Shown here in pieces: positions 26,468-38,560 of a stretch of DNA of 64,000 bases. The stretch is taken from the NCBI RefSeq assembly GCF_037042905.1, contig NC_087250.1:9054001-9118000 (forward strand), read 5' to 3'. The notes beneath the pieces are model-generated. The model had not been told where the DNA came from and ran no database searches. It saw only the letters and a program-made list of their open reading frames with translations. Positions within the stretch are counted from its first letter, which is position 1. Every line of letters begins with the position of its first letter. Position numbers and translations under genes: made by a program. The DNA is from Lytechinus pictus. Lineage: Eukaryota.

Positions 26468-28844
26468 TTTACCGCATATATTACAAAAATGTCCAATACT
26501 AATGCGCGTTTTTGTCAAAGTGCGCCAAATTGACGCATGTTGCCATGGTTAACTACGCCATTTTATTGATGAGTCCACTGTTTTGAATTAATGAGTCTTT
26601 GTTGTTGGGGTCCTCGGTTTATTGTTCCCATAAATATGTTCTACTTCAGAGTTGGGGCCAGTAGCTCCCCCCTCTTGAAACAAGTAACTTCTACATTTAT
26701 ATTCATCCAGAATATGGACCAAGTTACCAAATCCAGGGATTGTATTCTATTTACGAATTTGTAAAACGTTTTCTGAAGCACAAATGACATTTAACTACTT
26801 ATTCATATTGTAAGTACACAGGTATACCTATACTATCCCTTTATATGCTAAGCAAGGTGACAAATATAGATTGTCAATATTTTTGTACAAATTACTGTGA
26901 ATACACACTCAGAACATTATAAAAGGCAAGAAGTTACAAGAAATTACTATAGAGAGAGTGCTAAGGTAATGTTTGCTTCCTATGTATAATTAGAAATAAG
27001 GCATGTCCGCATGACCAGTACTTACTAAATTACAATGTATGACTATCTATTCATTGCTACATTATAACAATATAATGAAGAAATGAATGTATTAAGAAAA
27101 CAATGGATTATTAAACGACAATTTTAACAAGTTAATAACCTGTTCATTAGGAAGGTTGCATCATTAAGTATTTCACCATATAATTCCAATTAAAAAAAAA
27201 CATCTTGATGTGTAGTAATACGATTATAAAATATTCATAATTATTGAATATCTTATATAACCTTGAATCATAGACACACACAGAATCTGAGTATTAAAAT
27301 GTACAATATTAAATGCTCTTTACTGCCTTTGCTCGAATTTACCTTTCTGGTGAGCATCATTTCCGACACCTCACTATCTGACTACGAATAGGCTACACTG
27401 TAAAAAAGGTGTTAAAATTATTTATTTGCTCATTACTGTTGCATGTTGATACTTTCTCTATCTCCTAATAACAAGGTTTTATCCATTGCAACACCGCATG
27501 TTTTTCTCAAAAGTATAAACCATTCTTGAAAGAATATACTCCTTATAGGCATGTTAGGTGAGTCGATTTTGTTGTCAATCTAAAGCAACCTTTTTTTTTT
27601 TTTTTTTTTTGAAAAGCAGTCGAGGAACTTTTATCCCCAGATTCTGAAATTGTTTCAGCCAAGACGCGTTCTAAACGCATGCACTTTGGACCGTCTTGTA
27701 AAGGGGAAAGTTTTTGGTCCAAAATTTTGTGGTATAGCTTTCTTATCAATCTAATATCTAAACATGCTAAATGGGGACACTTTAAACCCCTTACACAGAA
27801 ATTAAGGGAAAAGTTATAGATTTGTTTTAGATTGGTAATGCTTCGCTGATGTTTAATTCAAATTTGTACTACCAAGAAGCTCTCATTTACATAGGCGGCG
27901 GAAGCGGGGGGACGTGTCCCCCCTAAATTTGTTGTTGATGACTTTTTTTCTTTTTTTTTTTTTGCTTGTCAAAATGTTTTGGTAGTCCCTCCCTGAAATT
28001 TTGGTTGATAACCTTTTTTTCTTAATTTGTTTTTTGGCTTGTCAATTTTGTTTCCTGCGTCCTTCCCATAAAATTTTTGGCTTTGGCCGCCAATGATCAT
28101 TCATACCTAATTACAGTTAAACATCATGGTAGAACAAAATGAGTTAAAAAAATGATTATTAAAGGTCCATCTAAATGCAAATATCGTTTCATTCCCTTTT
28201 AGCTACACATAATGGGTAAAAATGCTCCATGAGGGTAATTTTGTGTGCAACCAACTTTGGGCATTTCTTTTGGGCATATCTTTTTATCCAGTGTGATGAA
28301 AATTGTGCCCACTCTAAAGTATAATTGCTGCTTATATTTTTTGTACCTTACTTGACAATATGCTTCCCCGCATTGGGTTAAATACTGCCCCGAATTGGTT
28401 GGATACATAATTACCCTCGTGCTGGTTAAAATTTTACCAAATTTTTTTTTTTCAGTGTACCATTCCGCATTGCTCCTCATCGCATTTGACTTGGAAACGA
28501 TTTTAGCTTTACTATTGCTAAATGCACGTCACAACACCATTTCTACCAAACCAACCATATTCTAGTTACTTTTATTAGGTTGGTAGAATGTATGATAATA
28601 ACAATGAAAATGGCATTGGAAAATCAGTCGACTGTGTTTGAATTTCGACATCTTAACAATGAAATAAATTTACAATTTTCCTAGCCCATACACACGGAGA
28701 AAAAATCAAAGTCAATTGTAAATATTAGAATCATCGGAATAGTATTGTGTAAGTAAACTACATTTAAAGTGTAAATGTCTGCGAATTGTAAGATGTCGTT
28801 TGCTCGTGACCTGCTGTAGAGCTCATAGATCGTTGCTAGTGGTC

Positions 28845-28952
28845 TTAGGCCTGTGCTTTTCCCCCCTTAATGGCCTTCACTTCCCGCGCGAGCTGACATT
28901 GTGCAAACGGCTCCAAGAAAGTAGACAGACAACAGTCGCTGAGGATCGTACC
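28845..28952 (-). CDS. Paralog B last coding exon
   Basis: gacag|GGT ACG...GCC TAA, 108 nt. Confidence 0.92.
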   Translation of the reverse strand, partial: GTILSDCCLSTFLEPFAQCQLAREVKAIKGGKAQA

Positions 28953-30385
28953 CTGTCACATGATAGAAAAAGAAATACATGAATAAATGAAATATAAATG
29001 GAAGACAGTGAAATAATGAGAGTTGAAAGAGACACAACATGTAAAAATAAAAGTCATAAAGGAACGTAAATTGTGACCTTTTCAACAATTTTGAAATAAA
29101 AAAATATATTTTTGCCATTATTTTTGACAATATTATCGTCCACAAGGTACTAGTATTTGCCTTTTCTTTGACATGGACTTATTTTCTCATTATCATCAAA
29201 ACCTTTATTACATTGTCATTGTTATCTATCTATTTATTTATTTATTTTATTCATTTATTTTATTTTATTTATTTATTATTATTTGGGGGATGGGGGTAAC
29301 AGTAACAAACAACATTGATGGGGAATAACTTGATGGATGATATCATGGATGAATTAATTTTTACATATATAAACGAATGACTACTTTAATTAGCCCTAAA
29401 TGAATTCAAAAATTATTCATTATACTTAAATGTAAAACAAAATCATGCGTATTCTTCATTGGTAAGTACATGAGTGTGTGAGGCAAGGTGAGTCTCCTGA
29501 ACGCTTTAAAGCAGATACGAACCAAAGCGCCATCTCGAGTCAAGTCACCAACTTCTTATACCTGACCAGTTTCCTGACCCATAATACTAGTGTAGTCTAG
29601 TAATATAGACCCACTTGAATGATAACATACTAATATTAACTACTCAATATATTTATACCGCAATAATCATGTTACCAAGTAGCAAGACAATAACATTTCC
29701 TCTTAAAACATTTTAGTTTCTCTAAACAAATACAAATATAGGTCAATTTATTCTCTGTAGTATTAGTAAATATCAGAAAACGTATATTTTAAGACTATGT
29801 ATTCATAACACACAGTCATGGCAGTCAATGAGAGACCATACACAGTTCACTCCTCTTTTAAAGTATATGAGGGTGCGGGTGTATGATTAGCGAGTGTGGG
29901 ATGCCAGTAGAATCTGAGGTATTCAACACAATTTGATCATGTAGATGTACGTGATTGTGTCTGTGAGTGTGTGGGAGAGGGAGTTATCTGGACATCATGT
30001 ATACGTGTGTGTGGGTGAGTGTGTGGATTTTGGTATGAGTGTGTTGAAGAGGGAGTTACCTGTATATCATGTGGGGGTGTGGGTGTGTAAGGTTGTGTTG
30101 AAGAGGGTGTTGCCTCGATATCATGTGTACTTCCGTGTGCGGGTGTATGTGTGAGTGAGTGGAAGAGAGAGTCACCTCGGTATAATGTGGTGCGTGTAGC
30201 TGTCAGAGGTGCCGTGGCCGAGTGGTCTAAGGCGCCTGGCTATACATGGAAAGTCCGGGGTTCGATCCCCGGCCACGGCACCTATGCCCGTGAGCAAGGC
30301 ATTTAATCTACAATGCTCTTTTATCCTGCTTTCAAATAAATGGAAATGCTATATGCATTATTGGTAACTAGGTGTGCACTTGTTT

Positions 30386-30418
<33 letters not shown>

Positions 30419-33400
30419 ATCTATACGTGTGTGTGGGTGAGTGTGTGGATTTTGGTATGAGTGTGTTGAAGAGGGAGTTACCTGTATATCACGTGGGGGT
30501 GTAAGGGTGTGTTGAAGAGGGTGTTGCCTCGATATCATGTGTACTTCCGTGTGCGGGTGTATGTGTGAGTGAGTGGAAGAGAGAGTCACCTCGGTATAAT
30601 GTGGTGCCGTGTAGCTGAGGTGCCGTGGCCGAGTGGTCTAAGGCGCCTGGCTAGTGCACTTGTTAAATAAAAAATAAAAAATGAAATAATGTGTATTTAT
30701 ATGTGCAGGTGTATGTATTAGTATAAATATGGAAGAGGAATTAACCTCGATATATATGTGTGTGTGTGTTTGTGTGTGTGTGTGCAGGTGTATCATGTAT
30801 GAGCGCAGCATGTGGAAGGAGGAGTTACCTGAATGTTATGGCGCCCTCTAATCTGGGTCCTCATCGTAATGAGTGAGTTTGGTACGCAGCAAGGCACGCA
30901 GCAGTTCTCTCCCATATCAGACGCGATACAGCACTGATGACATGGGCCAAGGAACACACCCAGCAGACCTGAAATTGAAGATAAGGTTGAATAGGAGAAG
31001 AGTTGAAATTTTAGATATTTTCAGTTGAGGAGAAGCTGAAAATGGGGATTAATTCCGCCACTAGCGCCACCAGCATTTATTAAAAAAGGGAAAGGGGGGG
31101 GGGGGGGCGAGTGGAAGGTAGGAAACAAGGGAAGGGTTGCAAGGGCAGACTACACTACAATCTTTTTCATTTTTCAAAATTTCTGGTGGAGGGGTGCCCC
31201 TTTGCACGACTCCCCAGTGACCACCACCGACATACACAAAATGCAGATAAACTTTATACATCATAAATCAATTTCTCTTAGTTTTAAAATTGACTCTTCA
31301 AAAATTCAATAGGAATCAAAGGATTAAGAAATAAATTGATGAATAAAAAAACAGTCATTCGTTAGAAGATCAAATTTTGCAATAATTAAAGGGATGGTCC
31401 GGGCTGAAAATATTTATATCCTAATACATAGAGTAAAATTCACTAAGCAAAAATGCCGAAAATTTTATCAAAATCGGATAACAAATGAAAAAAGTCGTCA
31501 TGAATATTCATTAGGTGGGCTGATGATGTCACATCCCCACTTTCCGTTTTATTATGTTATTACATAAAATCATATTTTTTTCATTATTTCATACTTGTGT
31601 GAATAATATTTCTCCCTTATAATGAAATACGTTGCAGCAATAAATATCTAATGCACTAAATCAGTTGTCAATCCAATTTTTCTAGTTCTTGGAGGAAATT
31701 TTTTGAATAAACCTAATTTTATATAATAAATTATCAAAGAACAAGTGGGGATGTGACATCATCAGCCACCTAATGAATATTCACGACGACTGCTTTCACA
31801 AAATATTGCTAAACTTTAAAATTCAATAACTTTCTTATTGGTTATCCGATTTTGACAAAAATTTCGGCATTTTGCTCAGTGAATTCTATACTATTTATTA
31901 AGCTATAAATACTATTAGCCCGGACCATCCCTTTTATTTTGCGAACAAACAATTAACAAAACGTCATAAAAATAATGTGTACATGAAGGATGAATAGCGC
32001 ATCCATTTATTATTTCAAAGTAGGCTTGCTCTGTGATAAGTGAAAGAGGACAACACGTCAAATATTTCTTCAATACCATACTTACAGATTGGAATGTCCT
32101 CAAAGCAGGAGCAGATTCCAGTGTGCCAGTCACGTGGGTTACCACGTGGCATCAGAGGATTGGTCACCGTGCTAGTCACCTGATAATTTCACCAGATAAA
32201 AAAAAAGAGATAAATAATACAAACTGAAAGGCTACCTTACAGCAACTAACATACTCAGGCTTCACATTGGGCGAGAGACACTCCAAATACCCCCCTCGTT
32301 TTCTTCAATCAATTTATTTTTTATAATTATGGTAATATTAACATATTCTGTCGAAACTTGCACACCAAATTAAAAGGGACAGTTGCCCATCAAATATCCA
32401 TCTTACTGCAAAATGCATTGGAATAATAATAATAATAACAATAATAATAATAAGTAATAATAGTCCATGTATCAATAATTCATAACTGGAAATATTGTTC
32501 ATTTCATTCAGTAGTCGATTTTCGTAAAGCAAGAAGAGATGGGATACTAAACATGCTAAATTTTGATAAAATCATTCGGTACCGAAATAAACTAAGCGAA
32601 CTGGAAGGTTAAAGATGGTAAGTGCGATGATCATTGATCACTGACAAAACAGGAATGATGGACTCGTTCTCTTATCCATTTAGTTTCTTGACAACCTACA
32701 ACTTCTTGGTATAAATGTTGTATAAGTAAACGGATAAGATGACCTCAAGTGGGAAAATATCAATTCAATTTCAATTCAGTTTTGGTTTTATTGTAGGGAA
32801 TGATTACATGACAAAAGTCCGAAGACTTCATTAAACTGCATAAATAACTCCTTATAATTGCTGGTTCCTGCATTTTACCCATAGATATATAGTAATTAAT
32901 AACGCAAATTAGTATATATTTCTATGATTTTACCCGACTTACTGTAACCCATATTCTCAGTCTTTATCAGTTTTATTATAATTTTTTTCTCGATTGTAAT
33001 ATTCAAATGTATTTATTTATATCATTCTTATTATATGAAGATATGAATTTATCATTAATTTATGAATAAAATGCAGAAACTCTTGAAGAGAATATCGCTC
33101 ACATAATGTATCTCATTGAGTCACGTGACCAAAAAAATTGCATTCTGGGAAAGGAACCATTATCAATTTGATTAGTTATGAGCTTATGCCTATTACAGTG
33201 AATTATGCATACTGTCTTTATTCTATAGTCGCACCAACGAAACCGACTCCAGACCGATCATTGCTATTACGTTATTACCAATTGCATACAATCGGTTGGG
33301 TTGGGAGCCGGTTTCATTGGTATGACTGTCCTGCCCGTACTCACGTGCACCACCGTCGCGCCTGGCTGGGTGACTACCACTTCACGAGTCTCACATTTTT
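28845..33400 (-). CDS. PLAC8/cornifelin-family protein, paralog B (5' start unresolved), join(33400..33345,32179..32086,30968..30829,28952..28845)
   Basis: Spliced translation (x)KCETREVVVTQPGATVVH|VTSTVTNPLMPRGNPRDWHTGICSCFEDIPI|CLLGVFLGPCHQCCIASDMGENCCVPCCVPNSLITMRTQIRGRHNIQ|GTILSDCCLSTFLEPFAQCQLAREVKAIKGGKAQA*. All introns GT-AG; phases match paralogs A and C. Confidence 0.9.
29510..29857. mobile_element. TTAA-flanked element, copy 2 of 6353..6684
   Basis: Collinear homology with unrelated flanks; TTAA on both sides. Confidence 0.65.
29960..30830. repeat. Degenerate GT-rich minisatellite containing GAGTTACCTG units, with an internal duplication of about 250 bp
   Basis: 30000..30243 matches 30422..30653. 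Confidence 0.8.
30206..30417 (+). mobile_element. tRNA-derived SINE (family 1) with poly(A)
   Basis: A box TGGCCGAGTGG, B box GGTTCGATCCC, unique body and A-tail; copies at 37568..37758, 30617..30681 (internally deleted) and 40902..40972 (-, head only). Confidence 0.88.
30829..30968 (-). CDS. Paralog B exon (GENCCVPCC...RGRHNIQ)
   Basis: tttcag|GT CTG...ATT CAG|gtaact, 140 nt. Confidence 0.93.
31390..31932. mobile_element. Kolobok-like MITE family 2 (AGGGATGGTCCGGGCT TIR)
   Basis: TTAA left flank, near-full-length palindrome; sister copy 52220..52787. Confidence 0.85.
32086..32179 (-). CDS. Paralog B exon (DW-H-T-G-I-C-S-C)
   Basis: atcag|GTG...ATC T|gtaagt, 94 nt. Confidence 0.92.
33226..33328. 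mobile_element. Tiny palindromic MITE remnant
   Basis: GTCGCACCAACGAAACCGACTCC...GGAGCCGGTTTCATTGGTATGAC inverted repeat. Confidence 0.6.
33345..33400 (-). CDS. Paralog B QP-containing exon (no in-frame ATG)
   Basis: ttttttag|AA AAA TGT GAG...GTG CAC|gtgagt, 56 nt; the VVVTQPG motif matches the N-terminal QP exons of the paralogs. Confidence 0.72.
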
Positions 33401-34459
33401 CTAAAAAACGAACAAACAAAGAAACAAAAAATACATTCAAAGTTCAATATTCGCCTATATTACTAATATGTGTAGGGGCCAGGCTCGACTAGCACTTGTG
33501 CTATTTTCTGGTCCCTTTTATCAGCTCTTAACATATACATGTATGTTTCATTTCTGTAATATTTATATGCATGACATAATAATGTAATATGTAAACATCT
33601 GTAAATATGTTGTTATCGTTGGTGAATAAATCAAATCAAATCAAAATCATGCCAACATATATCCCTTATGATGTGGTTGGTTTCTATTTAATTTCTCACA
33701 ATCATTAATATGGCTGGATAAAACAAATGGGATGTGATAAATATACGACGACATGTAGGCCTACATAACCGATGGCTTCCGGAAACAAGTAGGGGTAACT
33801 TGGACGGAGGTGGGTCGGAGAATCCCTGTCCAGATGGGCACTACTCCGACCTTCCACCGTGCAAATCAGCCTTAGTTTGTCCTGGTCTTGATATGAGAAA
33901 TATCTTTGGAAATTGATCGACACGTACAATAGACATTCCGACTAGGGTCCCACGTCTGAACGAGGCTTTGCTAAATCTTTGAACCTTTTTTAAGAATGTA
34001 AGCCCTAAAGGCTTTTCATATAGGATTTTCTTATTGAAGAATGTAAAACTTTAATGTTATAGGGTGAAATGTCACTTTGATTGACACTGGCAGGTCTGCT
34101 AAAATACCTTTCAATGGACTACAGAAATGTTCGTATTAAGTAGAATAAACAATATAAATCAATGAATCACAATTTAGCTTTTTACTGTGGTTCCGTGGTC
34201 CGGGTCCATGGTTTGTATTGCTCGTTATACTTAATACGAACAATAGTCCATTGAAAAGTATTGTAGCGGATATTCAACGTTTTAACAAAAAAGTGTGGTA
34301 ATTTCTACCGGTTGAGCAAGCTTCTCTTTTAAAGCATTATTGTACATTGACTAATGATGAATTGTATCATGTGATTGGCTAAAATCTATCATGATTTACG
34401 ATGACCTGTTGTCCCTTTCATCACAAAACGGCGCTTCGTTAGAAAACCCCTATAATGAT

Positions 34460-35090
34460 ACTTGAAAAAAAAATACCTAAATGATAATACTGCCGATCTT
34501 AACTCAAACTTTGACCCAAATGACCCATGTGGGCAGCTTAATACTTCACAGTATTTTACAGAACAAAATTTTGAATCTTTCATTAATTCTAGCAGTCTTG
34601 AAGAAGACATTTTTCTTCTCCATCTAAATATTCGTAGTACCAAGAACAATTTCGATAAGTTAAAATTATTTCTTGATAATAATCAGTTTCCAAAATATTC
34701 AATCATTGGATTAACTAAAGCGTGGTTCTCAGAAAATCCTTGTTCTCTTTTTTCACTCTCCGATTTTAATCTAGTTGTTAATAACAGAACACTTAGACCC
34801 GGTGGCGGTGTTGCACTTTAAATACCCCAGCATACGAATATAATCTTATAAATAATATGACTTTATCCAATGATGCTTTAGAATCACTCTTTGTTAAAAT
34901 TATCAACCCAAAAGAAAAAAAATCTGATACTGGGAGTTTTATACTGACCTCCAAATTCAAATACTCAACATTTTCTGGAAACCTTCAATGACTTTTTACT
35001 CAATCCATTTCTCGAAAAACAAAGATTGCTTTTTTAATGGGGGATTTCCACATCAATTTAATGAATTGCAACACCAACAATATCTCAATT
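34460..35090 (+). mobile_element. LINE ORF2 N-terminal AP-endonuclease fragment
   Basis: LHLNIRS, IIGLT.AW, GGGVAL, ESLFV.I, Y.PPNS and MGDF.I.L motifs, with stops and frameshifts. Confidence 0.88.
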
Positions 35091-35535
35091 GGCTGTGTGC
35101 TATAAATGTCTTAACATTCAAATGAGCCTGTATCACAAGACTACACTGCTCAGATTGTTGCATTATGGGTATTAAACCTGGCCAGATATGGGTAGTTGAG
35201 GACTTGAGGTTGGGCTAAGCTGGTTCGTATGCCCTTTAACCATGTTAACACAGTCATACACAAACACCTCCTTCCACACGTATCAAGGTTTAGCACCGGA
35301 TCAATGAAGTGGAATATGATCATGTGCGTCTCCCTTATGTTCTCTTTGTTTAGCGGCAAATGTATCACTGTGATATACCATGAATGACACATGCTATTGG
35401 ATTTTATATACACCACAGATTTGATATATGTTCGGTATATTTTATGAATTATTTTCTGTTTTGTAATTCATTGCATACATGTACTTTATACACATTATAT
35501 CTTTGCATGATATCACTTTGTTATGATGATGATCT

Positions 35536-35584
<49 letters not shown>

Positions 35585-35645
35585 GCTGCTACTGCTACTA
35601 CTACTACTACTACTACTGCTACAACAACTACTACTACTACTACTG

Positions 35646-35726
<81 letters not shown>

Positions 35727-35806
35727 TTACCACCACTACTACTACTACTACTACTTCTACTACTACTACTACTACTACTTCTACTACTACTACTACTACT
35801 ATTATT

Positions 35807-35844
<38 letters not shown>

Positions 35845-36066
35845 TACTACTACTACTACTACTTCTACTACTACTACTACGACTACTACTACTACTACTA
35901 TTACCACCACTACTACTACTACTACTACTTCTACGACTGCTACTTCTACTACTTCTACTACTACTACTACTACTACTATTACCACCACTACATACTACTA
36001 CTACTATTACTAATACAACAAATAATAATAATAATAATAATCATCATCACCATCATCATAATAATA
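35536..36066. repeat. (CTA)n compound microsatellite
   Basis: Seen directly; explains the poly-T/L/V ORFs. Confidence 0.97.
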
Positions 36067-36544
36067 ATTGTTTCACGCGTTATAAACATTAACTAGTCCC
36101 TTGCAATATCAGCAGCAACAATCATAGTTGTAGCTGAAAATGTGGTACTGGGCGTAATGTTATTTTACCTTTAGATTATTTGCAAATTACGACATGATTT
36201 TCATCGTGAGAAACTAAAACAAACAAGTTTATCAACAAGTACACAGTTTATATGATATTCCTATCTCCGTTAGTGATTTTGTGGCAGTTATCATTTGGGA
36301 ATTAATGAATTGCTTTAACGAATCGATTAGAAATCGTTGCATGCCAGGCAGAAAAAAAAGCCTATCAAAATATTTCAACAATTTCTTTAGTTTGCAAAAT
36401 TTGCTTTAATTTCATCCATTCGTACCTTCCATTAACATGTTTCAAGGGTCTAATTTGGAAAGTTTATTTTGTTTTTTAATTATTTGGCTATTTTGGACTG
36501 TCAGATTATGTGTAGGGCGTTTATGATCGATACATCTTACCGTA

Positions 36545-37550
36545 CAGTGCGTATAAAAAAAAGTTAACACTTTGAAAAAGCCCTGGGAATTTAAAAAATA
36601 TACAACATGTGGGTAATTTTTTCACATACAATCTTGGATTTTGGTCTCATCTATCCAATGAAAGTAAAGGTTTTGACAGAATGTTACACTTAAGTGAGCA
36701 CTGTCCATTTGAGTAAAGCTCGCAGAAATCTGTTTGCACAGAAATGCTCGTTTGTACGCTGTGTCAAGGGGAAAGGGCGAAATCAAACTTACCCTGCGAA
36801 AATTTCTCTTACATTTCCCTTGCACTTTTAGTCGATTGAAATAAAACGGATGAATTCAAACATTTTCTAACAATTTTGCCACCCAAATTGAAATGCCAAC
36901 ACTTAGTAAACACAACCTTTACCCTTTTTTTGCCAGCTGGATCTGAGGATATAACTGAATCTGAACAAAAGTTTATACCAGACATCTCTAGCATTTTTTT
37001 CACTAAGTTTTTGTCATTTAAAGTTGGCTTACATTTCATCTTTCATTTTATACTTGTTTCTCCACACTTTTCCCAAGCTTGACAATGATTAACAAAATGA
37101 AAATCAAGCCTAAGCCATTTTATGTAAATAAGAGCTCAGTGTAAAGCAAATATCGTCACAATGGCCTCGGTGTGTGGGGGGAGTGGGGTGGGCCGCAATG
37201 CACTCCTCGAAGCGGTTTGGGCAAGGAAACACATTGAAAAGGTAAAAGATATCTTCAAATCAATTTTACTAGCTAAATTCCACGTGTCATTCATGATTAA
37301 GGTCTACTTTTATTCGCATAACTATTTCAAAGTTCTGCGCAAATCATTTTTCACTAACTTTTCAATAGTAAGTGGTGCTCACTCAAGCGGAAATATTTTT
37401 CGACAGTTATATCGTCATTTGATTTCTGTGTCATGAAACCTTTAAATGGATCTGTACCAATGTTAAAATGTGGAAAAATCTTCAGGACATTACAAATGTA
37501 TAAGTTTACAGGATTTTTTTCCAAGTGTAAACTTTTTTTGATACGCACTG
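36545..37550. mobile_element. Tc1/mariner-like non-autonomous element, about 1 kb, copy 1
   Basis: TA|CAGTGCGTAT.AAAAAAAGTT.ACACTT TIR with TA TSD; sister copy 53292..54258. Confidence 0.88.
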
Positions 37551-37567
37551 TATATTCGGCCACGGTG

Positions 37568-37758
37568 GAGGTACCGTGGCCAAATGGTCAAAGGCGCCTG
37601 GCTAAACAAGGAAAGTCCGGGGTTCGATCCCCGGCCGCGGCATCTATGCCCGTGAACAGGGCATTTAATCTACAATGCTCTTTTATCCTGCTTTCAAATA
37701 AATGGAAGTGCTATATGCATTATTGGTAAACTAAGTGAGCACTTGTTTGAAAGAAAAA
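37568..37758 (+). mobile_element. tRNA-derived SINE (family 1)
   Basis: Collinear with 30206..30417. Confidence 0.85.
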
Positions 37759-37939
37759 TCTAAGAGATATAAACTGAATTGATTAAACGGATAATGAATG
37801 ATTAAGGCAATAAAATAAATAAAATGGATTGTGAACGATGATTCAATGAATAAATGATCGATGAATTGATTGATAAATAAATGACGAATTTCCATGTGGA
37901 CAATAAAATGAAATTGAATTGAATTGCACTGATTTTAAT

Positions 37940-38560
37940 AACTGGATGAATGAATGGATGGAAGAATGAGCGAATGAAAGCACGAACGAATGACCATGAC
38001 TGAATAAATGAACAAAATTAATGAACGAGTGAACGAACGAATGAATGTATGAATGAACGAACGAATGAATAAATGAATGAATGAATGAATGAGTAGGTAA
38101 ATGAATAACTAAATGAATAGGGAAGTGCGAATTGATAAAGCGATTGAGTTAGTTTTACCGTTTTCTCTGGTTTGAATGGGGTATGAATCGCCCACAGAAT
38201 GAATTTTATTGAATGAAAACAGGGAAGGGCATCGTTACAATGAGAAACGTGACTCGAAAGAGAACATGAAATTGGATTAATTTTGATGAGAGAAGGGAGG
38301 AAATAAATGTTGAGAGGGCGGTCAGGGTGAAGAGGGTTATGGAGAGAGAGGAAGAGAGAGAGAGAGAGAGAGAGGGAAGGGGGGAGATACAGGGGGTGGG
38401 GGTGGAGAGAGATATAGTAATGTCAGTTGTATGTGGGCTTGAGGGATGATCAGGGAAAGGGGGGGGGGAGGTGAGAGAGAGAAATGATAGAGGGTTGGAA
38501 GTGTGTGAGGGGGAGGGTGTGTGTGTGTTTGAGAGAGAAATAGAGAGGGGGAAGAGTCAC
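37940..38560. repeat. (GAAT)n and GA-rich low-complexity tracts
   Basis: Seen directly. Confidence 0.85.

Noticed and set aside
26580..27800. Possible very old LINE RT remnant on the minus strand
   Set aside because: Only vague motif echoes; cannot be supported without a profile search.
30208..30282. tRNA gene (perfect acceptor stem, A and B boxes)
   Set aside because: No convincing anticodon arm; it runs into a shared body and poly(A) tail found in several copies, so it is a SINE head.
35384..36092. Mucin-like poly-Thr ORF and other homopolymeric ORFs (16.7, 41.1, 42.4, 49.9, 62.7 kb)
   Set aside because: Artefacts of microsatellites and low-complexity DNA.
36622..37436. ORFs inside the 1-kb Tc1/mariner-like element as a transposase
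   Set aside because: Short, no recognisable DDE or HTH motifs, and frames differ between the two copies.
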